The translations under genes were made by a program, and so were the position numbers. The notes under the pieces were generated by a model. That model worked only from the letters and a program-made list of their open reading frames with translations, had not been told where the DNA came from and ran no database searches. Positions 8,862-18,972 of a stretch of 64,000 bases of DNA are shown here, piece after piece. Position 1 is the stretch's first letter; the number at the start of each line of letters is the position of its first letter. The DNA lies in sequence record MH383160.1; one strand, 5' to 3'.

Positions 8862-9557
8862 TTACACCCACTCTTCCACGCCACCGCGACGCTTAACTAA
8901 GTACTTACCTTCTTCATTGCGTGGCCCAAGAATAATACCATCGATGAAACCATGTTCACCATATTCAAGAGCTTCTTCTGCATTTAACCACAAATCACGG
9001 TCTGCATCTTTAAGTAGTTGTTCGTGTGTTACACCAACTGCTTCTGCAATTTCTTTAGTCAATAGAGTGTTTAGGGCATCAGAATGTTTAAGTGAAATCT
9101 TCTGGTCAGTAATTAGACCTTGTGTACCAGAACTTACTTGGTGACACATGAAATAAGAACGCTTACCACCTAAACGGAAACCTTTAGTGCCAATTACAGA
9201 TTGTGTATAGCAACCCATTGATGCTGCATAGCCCATTACTACAGTGCGAATTGGAGAAATACAAGACTTAGCAACATCTGCAATACCCAAACCTGCGTGT
9301 ACTGAACCACCCGGTGAACTAATGTAGAATGTAATAGGGGAATCACCTTGTGAGTCTAACCATACCAATTGTTGTTTGATGATATGTGCCATTTGATCAT
9401 TGAAATCAGTATCAAGGAAAATGATACGGTCTTGCATCATACGAGATGCTAGATCATATGTACGTTCTGAACCATTAACTTTCTCAACTACGTAAGGAAT
9501 AGAAATGTTACGTACTTCGCCATTAGCATAACCACCAAACATGAATTGTTCAACCAT
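8862..9557 (-). CDS. clpP: ClpP serine protease
   Basis: SRMMQDRIIFL, SSPGGSV, AASMG, MCHQ and DRDLWLNAEEALEYG motifs. Confidence 0.95.
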   Translation of the reverse strand: MVEQFMFGGYANGEVRNISIPYVVEKVNGSERTYDLASRMMQDRIIFLDTDFNDQMAHIIKQQLVWLDSQGDSPITFYISSPGGSVHAGLGIADVAKSCISPIRTVVMGYAASMGCYTQSVIGTKGFRLGGKRSYFMCHQVSSGTQGLITDQKISLKHSDALNTLLTKEIAEAVGVTHEQLLKDADRDLWLNAEEALEYGEHGFIDGIILGPRNEEGKYLVKRRGGVEEWV

Positions 9558-9591
9558 TATTTATTTCCTCTATTATTTCGTTGTTGTGAGT

Positions 9592-9620
9592 ATTATATCA
9601 CTAAGATTTAAAATGTCCAA
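9592..9620 (-). promoter_or_regulatory. sigma70-type promoter for clpP
   Basis: TTGGAC-N17-TATAAT with TG extension. Confidence 0.7.
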
Positions 9621-9621
9621 A

Positions 9622-10062
9622 CTATTTTACTGGAATATTTGAAAAGAAATCAGTCATCCAATACGCCGTCTCTTTGTTGAATAATACTGGATCAAACTTA
9701 AGTAACTCAACATGACTTGTATCATACACGCTTGTATCGGTAATGTCAAACAAAGTTTTAGTACTGAATAGTGGATTACTCACTAGAAAGTAGTAATCAG
9801 CAGTAGTGCTAATGTCATCATAAAACACACCGTCATACCATCCATCATCATATACATAAACAGAATCGTCATGAAGATAGTAAACTTCTATATGTAAACT
9901 CAAGTTCTTCATGGTTTCAATCATTTTTGCCGTATGAGGATTTAACTTATTGACATTTTCAAAAACATAAGAGTGTTTTTTATTCATATCAACAAATGAA
10001 AATATTCGTACTGAACGTATATTCATATTACTCCAAATAAACAAGTGAATTAATGAAATCAT
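9622..10062 (-). CDS. hypothetical protein
   Basis: ORF in operon context. Confidence 0.65.
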   Translation of the reverse strand: MISLIHLFIWSNMNIRSVRIFSFVDMNKKHSYVFENVNKLNPHTAKMIETMKNLSLHIEVYYLHDDSVYVYDDGWYDGVFYDDISTTADYYFLVSNPLFSTKTLFDITDTSVYDTSHVELLKFDPVLFNKETAYWMTDFFSNIPVK

Positions 10063-10411
10063 ATTTCAATTTATCATCAACATAATTCAAATCAACTTTA
10101 ATCATCGGAGCATGGGAACGTATAGACAGTGTTTCCATAAAGTACTGATTAAGTTTGTATGTATGGAAAAGATGAATATCTCGTTTCAACACCACCATTA
10201 CTTCCCCGAACAGATCACAGAGTTCAACTTCAGTGTTAGTTGGGTCAAACCCATAACGATTCTTTAATGTACGTGGTTCTTTATTTCGATAATAATGCAC
10301 AGCTTTATTACTATTCACTAACAAGTGATGATATGCATTACTATAAACTGAGCAAATAACTCGGCTTGGATAATTGGTATATTCTGGTAGTTCAAAATAA
10401 ATTAATGACAC
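10028..10411 (-). CDS. hypothetical protein
   Basis: 127 aa ORF, GAGG RBS. Confidence 0.7.
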   Translation of the reverse strand: MSLIYFELPEYTNYPSRVICSVYSNAYHHLLVNSNKAVHYYRNKEPRTLKNRYGFDPTNTEVELCDLFGEVMVVLKRDIHLFHTYKLNQYFMETLSIRSHAPMIKVDLNYVDDKLKYDFINSLVYLE

Positions 10412-10423
10412 AATATCCTCTCA

Positions 10424-11215
10424 TTAAATTTCAAATACAAATTTAGGATTGTAATCAAAATTCTCACAAGCTCCACTGTATGATTCATAGCCTCGTGGAT
10501 TACAAATGATACGTGTCTTACCAATGTGGTAGTCAAAGCTACTATGAACATGACCATGAATCCAAACATCAGCACCCAAATCTTCAATGTACTGATCCAT
10601 ATCGGAACAGTAACAACCATTCAGTGAATCATTTTTATATTTTGGTGAAACACTTTGATAACTTGGTGCGTGATGGGTAACCACGATGACCTTGAAATCA
10701 TTATCATGCATAAAGCGAACTGTGTCAATAGAATTTTTGATAAATTGTTTATCTTTGTGATGCATAAACTCAGTATCATCTGGTGTCAGTTTCTTACGCC
10801 AAGGCTCTGATGTTGTTCCATGACGGATATGTTTGTAATCGTTCATCTTCTGACGAGCATCAAACTTCGTCAAAGAATTACCTTTATCGAAGTCTGTCCA
10901 CAGAGTACTACCAACAAGCAGTACTCCATCCAGCCATACAAATTTGTTTTGCAAAAAGATGAAATTTGGAATCTCATCTTGTATATCGGACAGTACTTGG
11001 TGCGTCTTGTGAATGTTTGAACCGTAATATTCATGGTTACCTGGAACCAGTACTACATTCTTAAACTGCTTACACAGGGATTCAATGCCAGTACGATAAC
11101 GACTACGTTTAACTTCATCAAAATCCCCAGCAATAATCAGTACTGTATCACTGTAATCACCACTATGGAGGTAATCAGTACCACCGTGTACGTCAGACGT
11201 TACAACAAATTTCAT
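10424..11215 (-). CDS. calcineurin-like metallophosphoesterase
   Basis: SDVH, AGD, GNHEYY, THHAP and HGHVH motifs. Confidence 0.92.
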   Translation of the reverse strand: MKFVVTSDVHGGTDYLHSGDYSDTVLIIAGDFDEVKRSRYRTGIESLCKQFKNVVLVPGNHEYYGSNIHKTHQVLSDIQDEIPNFIFLQNKFVWLDGVLLVGSTLWTDFDKGNSLTKFDARQKMNDYKHIRHGTTSEPWRKKLTPDDTEFMHHKDKQFIKNSIDTVRFMHDNDFKVIVVTHHAPSYQSVSPKYKNDSLNGCYCSDMDQYIEDLGADVWIHGHVHSSFDYHIGKTRIICNPRGYESYSGACENFDYNPKFVFEI

Positions 11216-11234
11216 AATTACCTCCTATAAGTGT

Positions 11235-12653
11235 TTAGCCAAGTGATTCAATGATACTGTTTGAGAACACCTCAACAGCACTATCACGAATTTCTAAAAT
11301 ACGAGTATAGTCGTCACAAGTGTTTTTGTCAAATCTAAATTCAATAAACACTGGTAAGAACAGTGATGGCTCACCAGTACGCTTGTCGAATACAATGTCA
11401 TTACACTCAACTGTAACCACTTTACCAATAAGTTCTTGCATTCTTTCCCAAATGGTTTTAAAGGTCCATTCAGCATCTTTCTCTTTGATACCAGTACCCA
11501 CATTAACTTTCAATGAACCACAAGCACTTTCCAGTTGTAAAGAACCTAGGCTTCCTTTACGTTTACCTTCACCTTCATTGAAACCAACAATACGCAAGTC
11601 TAGTTGCATTTTCAATTTCATTTTCAACTGCTTCGGAGAAGTGTGAGATTTCCAGATACCATCTTCACATTTCAGTACTGAACCCTCTTCACCTTCGTTC
11701 ATTAGTTCACTATTGTACTCAAATGCTTCTTTGATGTTTAGAACTTTACGGAATCTAACCATACGAACAAAATCACTATTGAGTTCGTTAATTGCATCTA
11801 CTAAGATCTCGCGACGTTCTTTACGTTTTACATCCCATACACCTTCACAAAATGCATCATATGGAACAACATCCCATAGAACGAATACAGTACGCATTGC
11901 TTCATTCTGACTGATGCTATCTTTACCAGCTTTCTGAATTATACCGTTGCCAGTAGTGCGTGGGAGAATGGTTTCTCCATCATTGTCCAGTACTACACCT
12001 TCCCCCATAAAGACCACACCACTACTAAAACGTTCATCTTTACTTTGGATGATGTGAGCAAGACCTGCCATCTCACCATCACGACAACCCAGGAAGTCGT
12101 ATAGTTTACCATTACGGGATGTAGAAGTTAATGAACCATTAATGACAACGTGGTTCAAGTACTGACCATCCATTTTCACTTCTGATATAGCGTAACCATA
12201 ATCTTTGAAGTTGATGTTCTTTGCAGTCTTTTTGTCAATCAAAGAACAACGCATATATGGTTCGTCTTTAATAAAGCCTTTACCAAATACATCATTGCAG
12301 TTCTTTTCTTGAATACCACAATCAAGGTTTTTAGTAAGCATTTTACGGAGAACTTCCTGATCATCTTCAGATACAGAACCCAGTACTGAAGCAATGAAAT
12401 CACGCCCCGCATTTCCTGTCACATCACGCTTGTAAATGCATTCTAGCTTATCAATTGCTTCATCTAACGTCATATGTTGATATACGTCATCAGCGGCAGG
12501 GAGCTTCTTATAGCCACTAACGATAGAAGGGTCTAGAGTATATTTCAGTACTTTTTGTAAAGTTACATTATCTTTATTTTGTTCAAGAATAGCTTTTTTG
12601 CCTAGTGTACTGCTAGTATTTTTAATGCTTTCAAGAATTGCTAAAATGCTCAT
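11235..12653 (-). CDS. lig: ATP-dependent DNA ligase (T4 gp30-like)
   Basis: EVKMDG adenylation motif; GEG, EGSVLK, KMK motifs; C-terminal OB fold LFLPVF. Confidence 0.95.
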   Translation of the reverse strand: MSILAILESIKNTSSTLGKKAILEQNKDNVTLQKVLKYTLDPSIVSGYKKLPAADDVYQHMTLDEAIDKLECIYKRDVTGNAGRDFIASVLGSVSEDDQEVLRKMLTKNLDCGIQEKNCNDVFGKGFIKDEPYMRCSLIDKKTAKNINFKDYGYAISEVKMDGQYLNHVVINGSLTSTSRNGKLYDFLGCRDGEMAGLAHIIQSKDERFSSGVVFMGEGVVLDNDGETILPRTTGNGIIQKAGKDSISQNEAMRTVFVLWDVVPYDAFCEGVWDVKRKERREILVDAINELNSDFVRMVRFRKVLNIKEAFEYNSELMNEGEEGSVLKCEDGIWKSHTSPKQLKMKLKMQLDLRIVGFNEGEGKRKGSLGSLQLESACGSLKVNVGTGIKEKDAEWTFKTIWERMQELIGKVVTVECNDIVFDKRTGEPSLFLPVFIEFRFDKNTCDDYTRILEIRDSAVEVFSNSIIESLG

Positions 12654-12664
12654 TGTATATTCCT

Positions 12665-13867
12665 TTATAGATAATACTTTCCAATATAAAGTGGATTACT
12701 AATTGATAGTTGAACGTGACACGGCTTATCTTGGTAGTAACGAGAACTTGATGTTTTGCGTTCATTTGGTGGGAAGAATGGGGAACGATAGCCATTCCAT
12801 GTACTAAATGATGAGTGTTCATTAATATCAACATCCATTACCATAATCCCATTATCATCAATTTGAACTGGATATGCACTAAAGCGTTCAAATTTATCAT
12901 TATAATGGATATTATAATCTCCACTACGCCCATAATAACTACGCGTTGTATTATTACTTACACCAAAAAATACGCGATATGTTTGTTCATTATCTTTAGT
13001 CATAAATGGTACGTTCTCGTTGAAACGTCCATTATTCATAAGATCATCAACATTTATTTCTTCATATTTAATTTTTAGGTCTTTTGCTTTAAATGATTTA
13101 TTGTGTACCAGTACTGGAATGTTAGATTCACCTAATGGGTTATGTCTGTTTGTTCTATAGCTTTGCCAAAATTCATTAGCAAGTTTAATTTCTTCATCTG
13201 CCGTAGTCTTCTTATTCAAGAGTGCACGAGGTTCAAGATTGTAATTATCCAAACGTTGATTCAATGCATAAGTTCCACGAGTACTGTTAAAAAGTAAATG
13301 ATAAACTGAACTTTTGTCTGGATATGCAAATTCTTTAGTTTTCTTTATACAAATTGCATGTACTTTACCGCAGTAATAGTAATCTTCTTTAAGATAAGTG
13401 AAACCATCACCAACTTTAAGACCTGCTACAGTTTCTTTTTGTTGTTCTTTTTTATTTTCTTTTTCAACTAACTTAGCAAACGTTTTTGTTTTACCATTAA
13501 TTAATTCTAAGTTATTGTTGAAAAACATTGGGTCTACAAAAACACCTTTGATTATATCGTTATTGATAATTAAATCATTCATGTTTTTTGCACTAATCAT
13601 AAATTCAAATCCTTCTGGGTGACGGATCGTGAAATATGTTTCTCGTGCATGAGTTGTTAATTTATCAACTACACAAAATCCCGTAGTTGGAACGTTGTCA
13701 ATATATAACGATGGAAGATTGTTCTTCTTTGCCCAGTACTCTGCTCTCTCTTTCTTTGTTTCAAACGCTTTTGTATGTGATTTTGTTGCATCGATAATAA
13801 AACCATCAACTTGGTTGTGGTTTACATAGGAACGTGCAACAAATAACTTCTCTGGAAAATCCATCAA
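12665..13867 (-). CDS. hypothetical protein
   Basis: 400 aa intact ORF. Confidence 0.8.
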   Translation of the reverse strand: MMDFPEKLFVARSYVNHNQVDGFIIDATKSHTKAFETKKERAEYWAKKNNLPSLYIDNVPTTGFCVVDKLTTHARETYFTIRHPEGFEFMISAKNMNDLIINNDIIKGVFVDPMFFNNNLELINGKTKTFAKLVEKENKKEQQKETVAGLKVGDGFTYLKEDYYYCGKVHAICIKKTKEFAYPDKSSVYHLLFNSTRGTYALNQRLDNYNLEPRALLNKKTTADEEIKLANEFWQSYRTNRHNPLGESNIPVLVHNKSFKAKDLKIKYEEINVDDLMNNGRFNENVPFMTKDNEQTYRVFFGVSNNTTRSYYGRSGDYNIHYNDKFERFSAYPVQIDDNGIMVMDVDINEHSSFSTWNGYRSPFFPPNERKTSSSRYYQDKPCHVQLSISNPLYIGKYYL

Positions 13868-14283
13868 ATTGTCCTCATTGTGCTGATTGCTTTTAATGTG
13901 TCAAACAATGCACCATATTTTACTTGCATTAGTTGATCACCAGCAGGAAGATTCATACGCATAACAGCCATGTCTTCAATCATTTCAGACGTACACAGTA
14001 CTGCTACACAGGTAATAGCATCATTCAATCCAGCTTCATTGAATTTGGCAAACGGAACTTTTCCCTGTTTGCTAAGGTTGTTATAATAAGAATTTAACTT
14101 ATCATGTCCACCAGCATTTAGTACTACAATAGTTTCGTGTTCATAGTACCATTCATCAATAATAGTACTGAAAGCAGTACCTTCATATTCTTTAATTAGT
14201 TTAACACCAGCATGGAATGCTTGAATACCAGCTTGGACACCTTGGCAGTACATATTAGTTAAACAATACAATTTCATTTCCAT
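13864..14283 (-). CDS. peptidyl-tRNA hydrolase 2-like protein
   Basis: AGIQAFHA, W...TIVVLN and FNEAGLNDAITCVA pattern of the PTH2 fold. Confidence 0.55.
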   Translation of the reverse strand: MEMKLYCLTNMYCQGVQAGIQAFHAGVKLIKEYEGTAFSTIIDEWYYEHETIVVLNAGGHDKLNSYYNNLSKQGKVPFAKFNEAGLNDAITCVAVLCTSEMIEDMAVMRMNLPAGDQLMQVKYGALFDTLKAISTMRTI

Positions 14284-14501
14284 ACCTCTTGTTTTTCTAA
14301 AAACCCTTTACCATCACAGCGTGGACATGCATAATAGCTGCGATAGTCTTCAGATGGCACTTGTTGTGTTCCATTACATGTAGGACACACTTTACGTGCA
14401 CCTGAAATAATACGTTCATGATGTTCAGCTTGTTTAGCTGAATCAAAAATGCGACCATCTTCAGTTTGGTATTTTTCTACCATAACTTGAATTACTTTCA
14501 T
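14274..14501 (-). CDS. DnaJ-type zinc-finger protein
   Basis: CPTCNGT...CPRCDGKG. Confidence 0.75.
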   Translation of the reverse strand: MKVIQVMVEKYQTEDGRIFDSAKQAEHHERIISGARKVCPTCNGTQQVPSEDYRSYYACPRCDGKGFLEKQEVWK

Positions 14502-14511
14502 TTCTATTTCC

Positions 14512-14781
14512 TTATAAAAATGTTAAATCTTCAGTACTTAATTGTGATAATTTACCATCATATTCAATTTCAACATATACATTTTGGTCATAAACAGCAA
14601 CTACACGTTTAATAACTCCAACCTTCACGACATTCTTTTTGTAGTTGAACTCAACTGAACAACCAATAAGTTTATTTGATAGAATCTCACGTATTTGATT
14701 TGCATGATCTTTTAGGATAGAATTAATAGATTTTTTCATAATATATCTATCATTCAAATATTTTTTAACTACATCATGCAT
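14512..14781 (-). CDS. small helix+barrel family protein
   Basis: LSNKLIGCSV motif shared with several neighbours. Confidence 0.7.
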   Translation of the reverse strand: MHDVVKKYLNDRYIMKKSINSILKDHANQIREILSNKLIGCSVEFNYKKNVVKVGVIKRVVAVYDQNVYVEIEYDGKLSQLSTEDLTFL

Positions 14782-14786
14782 AATTA

Positions 14787-15530
14787 TTACCTTTTGAAAC
14801 GATTGAATGAGTACTCATCTTTTTCTTTACGTAAGTATCTCATTCCACCACTTTGTGGAGTAGCGAGAGTTAAGTCACCCGTCAAGAACTGACTATCAAT
14901 CCAAATGCGATTACCGTAAATTAGTGGATCTGTAACTGCTGTATGTCCACTAAAGACACAATGCACTCCATCTAACTTAGGTGCATAATATGTATTATTA
15001 GTTCTACAATAATCGAATGTTTTTCTATCCCACAAGCACTTATCAATTATATCAGCACTAAGTGATTTTGTCCCATTAACAAATCGTTCCCATGTTGTAT
15101 ATTCCAACGGAACTCCAGCATGAACTAACCCAATCTTCAATCCTCGGTGATTGATTTGGATAATCATAGGGAGATCCTTTAAGTACTGACGAAAGAATTG
15201 AATGCCTGTTCCTCCAACTTCATCAAGGAATTTATCACCACCATTACTTATCCAGCAATGATACCAATCTCGAAGTGTTTCCGAATCAACGCACATCATC
15301 TCATGATTACCCGCAATCATGTAACGATTTTCTCCGAACAAAAATTCAAAAAGGAGCTTTGAATTTTGTTCTCCACGGTCGATAATATCACCTACACTGA
15401 AAACATAATCATTGTGTGTAATACCAAATTCTTTCACTGTAGCATCCCATAGTTTTCCATTACCATGCAAATCACCTACAATGTATAAATCTTTATCATC
15501 AGGTACGGTTACTTCTAAGAAGTGTTTCAT
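14787..15530 (-). CDS. Ser/Thr protein phosphatase (NinI/PphA-like)
   Basis: GDLHG, GDIIDRG, GNHE, HAG and GHT motifs. Confidence 0.92.
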   Translation of the reverse strand: MKHFLEVTVPDDKDLYIVGDLHGNGKLWDATVKEFGITHNDYVFSVGDIIDRGEQNSKLLFEFLFGENRYMIAGNHEMMCVDSETLRDWYHCWISNGGDKFLDEVGGTGIQFFRQYLKDLPMIIQINHRGLKIGLVHAGVPLEYTTWERFVNGTKSLSADIIDKCLWDRKTFDYCRTNNTYYAPKLDGVHCVFSGHTAVTDPLIYGNRIWIDSQFLTGDLTLATPQSGGMRYLRKEKDEYSFNRFKR

Positions 15531-15532
15531 TA

Positions 15533-15784
15533 TTACTCCAACCATATAATATTAGTGTGTTTAGTAACTTGTGTTCCAGCAAAAGAACCATCTTTAAGAT
15601 AAGTATTAATTTTAAAACGCCATTCACCACCACTAATATACATATCAGTAATAATATACTTTCCATACCCTCTGGAGTTTATTAATCGTACTTCTTGACC
15701 AATATATTTTGGCTTCAGATCATTTATAAAATCATCAGCCAAAGACATAAGATATCGCAGATGTGATAAGTCAGTGTTGAACAT
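15533..15784 (-). CDS. small helix+barrel family protein
   Basis: LKPKYIGQEV. Confidence 0.7.
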   Translation of the reverse strand: MFNTDLSHLRYLMSLADDFINDLKPKYIGQEVRLINSRGYGKYIITDMYISGGEWRFKINTYLKDGSFAGTQVTKHTNIIWLE

Positions 15785-15999
15785 TATTTCTTTCTCTTAT
15801 ATTTGTTAATAATATCTTGGGTAAGTGAAATAAAAATATATACTAATGTTACAGGCCAAATAATAGCCATCAGTGCTGCTGTTTGGAGATTCATGATAAT
15901 CATGATTTCATCTTTAAAACAACCCCAATTGAGTACTAGAAAGTTGGTTATAAATGTAACAAATGCTACAAATCCATATATTGCAAAAAATGTTATCAT
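15784..15999 (-). CDS. small membrane protein
   Basis: two TM segments, AIIWP motif. Confidence 0.7.
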   Translation of the reverse strand: MITFFAIYGFVAFVTFITNFLVLNWGCFKDEIMIIMNLQTAALMAIIWPVTLVYIFISLTQDIINKYKRKK

Positions 16000-16001
16000 A
16001 A

Positions 16002-16331
16002 TTATTCCTCATCATCCACTAAAACAAGATAATCCAAACTCAACTCGGTATCTATGTAACAATCACAATTCAAGTACTCAATTTCAGCACCTATAGTTCT
16101 CCCATTCTTAAATATCTCAATGATTTTCATTCTAGTATTGGGATTAATGTGTTCAATGTCGTATTCGTATTCAGGGTCAATATACTGACTTGTCATACGT
16201 TTGATGTATTGTTCCGAATATCGTACAGTTTTACCTATAAGATCATTACTCAACGTCTGATAAAAATCATCTTGAATTTTGAATAATGACCTATAAAAAA
16301 TATTATGTTGAATTAGTGGTTTCATTGACAT
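16002..16331 (-). CDS. small helix+barrel family protein
   Basis: LSNDLIGKTV. Confidence 0.7.
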   Translation of the reverse strand: MSMKPLIQHNIFYRSLFKIQDDFYQTLSNDLIGKTVRYSEQYIKRMTSQYIDPEYEYDIEHINPNTRMKIIEIFKNGRTIGAEIEYLNCDCYIDTELSLDYLVLVDDEE

Positions 16332-16960
16332 TAATCACAACTTCCAGACGATGAACTTGAATCAGAACTAGAGCTATCATAGGAACAAGAATCAGAGGAA
16401 GAACTGCTGTGACGGCTATAATCACTGTAATCATCATTGTTGTAGATTGGTGATGTTACGATTGCTGCTGCGGTCGCTGCCGTTGCAATTTGTGCAGTAT
16501 GGTCATGAACATCTAGTTTTGGTTCATCCTTAGATTTACCTTTGTTCTTACCTTTAGTGTAACGAGCTTTCTTTGCAGTTTTAGTATTTTTCTGTACTTT
16601 AGGAGCTTTTGGTTTCACATCTTCAACTACTGGAACTACATTCACTACAACTTTAGGATCAGTTTCTTCAAGTGTATTATACACTTTAACTTGCATTTGA
16701 ACTTCAACTTCTTTAACTTCTTCTTTAACTTCTGGAATAACTGTTTCTGGTGCTGGAGTGATTTTATCAAGTTCTTTAGTAATAAAGAAGCTTGTATTTT
16801 TCTCACCTAGCATAACAAGAAGACCAATGGCAATCACTGGACTTAGTACTGTACCAAGTACTACATAACCTAGAACACTTCTGTTATAGTTATATGCAAG
16901 CATACCAGAAATAATAATACCGATTACATATGCACTGCTAAGAATAATTGGGGTTAACAT
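16331..16960 (-). CDS. membrane protein with low-complexity Ser-rich tail
   Basis: two N-terminal TM helices, K-rich linker, SSSSSDSCSYDSSSS tail. Confidence 0.75.
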   Translation of the reverse strand: MLTPIILSSAYVIGIIISGMLAYNYNRSVLGYVVLGTVLSPVIAIGLLVMLGEKNTSFFITKELDKITPAPETVIPEVKEEVKEVEVQMQVKVYNTLEETDPKVVVNVVPVVEDVKPKAPKVQKNTKTAKKARYTKGKNKGKSKDEPKLDVHDHTAQIATAATAAAIVTSPIYNNDDYSDYSRHSSSSSDSCSYDSSSSDSSSSSGSCD

Positions 16961-17264
16961 ATTCTACTCCTTTGTATATAAATTTACTAACTTCTTCGAT
17001 GTATAAAGACAACCCTGAACGTTCATTTAGAACTAACCAAGCACCAAAACCACATCGAATCTCGGATATACGAAACTCTTCTACACTATAAATTGAATAC
17101 GCGTTAAATGGACATATTTCATCAGATATACTTACCACATAGTTATTATTAATTGAATCTAACACCTGGGTATTGTATAAATTATTAGTACTGAAAATCT
17201 GCATTAACGAGCTAGAAAGCATCTCGGTTGTCTTTTCTAATATTGTTAAAAACGAACCATTCAC
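16938..17264 (-). CDS. hypothetical protein
   Basis: 108 aa ORF. Confidence 0.65.
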   Translation of the reverse strand: MNGSFLTILEKTTEMLSSSLMQIFSTNNLYNTQVLDSINNNYVVSISDEICPFNAYSIYSVEEFRISEIRCGFGAWLVLNERSGLSLYIEEVSKFIYKGVEYVNPNYS

Positions 17265-17321
17265 TTCAACTTCTCCCTATTGGTGATGTAATCAAATTAT
17301 ATCACCGAATTCTGATACGTC

Positions 17322-17627
17322 TCATGATATTCGCATTTCATCTATATATAATGAACATGATTCAGAATTATCGTCTAAACTTAAACCTAAATCGACCATC
17401 AAACCGCAATGCGTTCCCCAGAATTTCTTTATGTATAGTTTTTTGCTACTATTACCTAAATCATAAACATATTCATTTTTAAATATACTTTTTAATTCTT
17501 CACATATACATTTTATTATCTTCATTACTTGATTATGATATTCGTATGGTATTCCATCAAGTTCGTTAATTATTAATGCAAAACCATTATCATAGTACTT
17601 AAGTTTATTGAATGTTTGTATATCCAT
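17322..17627 (-). CDS. hypothetical protein
   Basis: 101 aa ORF. Confidence 0.65.
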   Translation of the reverse strand: MDIQTFNKLKYYDNGFALIINELDGIPYEYHNQVMKIIKCICEELKSIFKNEYVYDLGNSSKKLYIKKFWGTHCGLMVDLGLSLDDNSESCSLYIDEMRIS

Positions 17628-17924
17628 TTAATATATAATCTCACTAGCTTCTATTGTGTAGACACCATCATCAGTCATTAATCTTACTGCAACTTTAATA
17701 TTACTAGACATTCGTGTAACTATCAATCCAATAATTATACCATTCTTTAAAGTACCATTATGGTATCTAACTTTTACTTCAGTTTTATTATCAATTAAGT
17801 ATCTTCTAATTATGTGTATTTCATTTCTGAATAATTCTAAAAAAGCTTCACTATTTTCTTTATCTGACCCGTCTGAACACCAGTACAATAAATTTACTTG
17901 TTCAAATAATTTTTTTATATTCAT
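17628..17924 (-). CDS. hypothetical protein
   Basis: 98 aa ORF. Confidence 0.65.
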   Translation of the reverse strand: MNIKKLFEQVNLLYWCSDGSDKENSEAFLELFRNEIHIIRRYLIDNKTEVKVRYHNGTLKNGIIIGLIVTRMSSNIKVAVRLMTDDGVYTIEASEIIY

Positions 17925-18280
17925 AAAAATCTCACAGATTTAATATTACTGGTTACATGATTTACCCAAGTGTTATCGAACTTGTAAACAATTGTATTAA
18001 GTGATTTATGAAAATTAACCTCGCACACTAAAGCCTTGGAACCATTGATTGTACAGACCGTGGATGGTAAGTTGTTTGCTAATATCTCTTTTTCATCTAA
18101 ACATAGTGAACTAATACAATCATAATAGAGAGGTTCAAGAACTTTTTCAGTACTGAGAAATTCAAAAGAAAGATCATCTATTAGTTTTATGTAATCGAAT
18201 AAATTATGATAATATTCATTCATTGTAGATCCTTTTAAATTTAGCATTATTAGAATATGTATATGAATGACCAAAATCAT
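17921..18280 (-). CDS. hypothetical protein
   Basis: ORF; true start likely the internal MNEYY. Confidence 0.6.
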   Translation of the reverse strand: MILVIHIHILIMLNLKGSTMNEYYHNLFDYIKLIDDLSFEFLSTEKVLEPLYYDCISSLCLDEKEILANNLPSTVCTINGSKALVCEVNFHKSLNTIVYKFDNTWVNHVTSNIKSVRFL

Positions 18281-18467
18281 TTACACCATGTACATTTAGT
18301 ACACCGTCACTGAAATAAATTCGATCAATAGTGAGTTCACGTTTATAATCCCAATCATCATACCAGCACAGAACACGAATGCCTTTGTACTTTGTAGTTA
18401 AATCATTTTCTAATATAGTCAAGTAATCAATATGACTTTTGAATATCTCTAAGTCCTGCTCAAACAT
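18216..18467 (-). CDS. small helix+barrel family protein
   Basis: LTTKYKGIRV. Confidence 0.7.
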   Translation of the reverse strand: MFEQDLEIFKSHIDYLTILENDLTTKYKGIRVLCWYDDWDYKRELTIDRIYFSDGVLNVHGVNDFGHSYTYSNNAKFKRIYNE

Positions 18468-18727
18468 TATTGTTCCTCGTATAATTCTATATCATCAACT
18501 CCAACTTGGCGAATTGCAGTACTTCTGATGAATGTATTTTTTTCAAACAAACATACTGTTAAACGTATTTCACACTTCAATGCACTGTAATAAATCATAT
18601 CAATAACACCATATGTTTCATACATTTCTACGTATACATTTCGACCTAAGTACTTTTCTTCTAAATCAGTAATTAGACTATTGATAAGATTACCTATCTG
18701 TGTTATATCTGTGTGAAATTTATCCAT
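18467..18727 (-). CDS. small helix+barrel family protein
   Basis: LEEKYLGRNV. Confidence 0.7.
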   Translation of the reverse strand: MDKFHTDITQIGNLINSLITDLEEKYLGRNVYVEMYETYGVIDMIYYSALKCEIRLTVCLFEKNTFIRSTAIRQVGVDDIELYEEQ

Positions 18728-18972
18728 TATAATAAACCTCTCACATAAAACATTGATGAAAATAGATAATCATCAGTACTTGTGTTTAGATGTTTAGAAA
18801 AGCTATATTTTTTATTTTTATTTTCGTATAAAGACAATCTATAGAACATTTCTATATTTTCTAAGTATTCTTTTTGTAATAACATCTGTGTTTTTACATT
18901 CATTATAATATTCCTTAAAAGAAAAAGGGACCAACATATGATCCCTTTTGTATTAGAAATTTCCTTCTGCAA
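18727..18972 (-). CDS. hypothetical protein
   Basis: true start likely the internal MNVK. Confidence 0.5.
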   Translation of the reverse strand: MQKEISNTKGIICWSLFLLRNIIMNVKTQMLLQKEYLENIEMFYRLSLYENKNKKYSFSKHLNTSTDDYLFSSMFYVRGLL

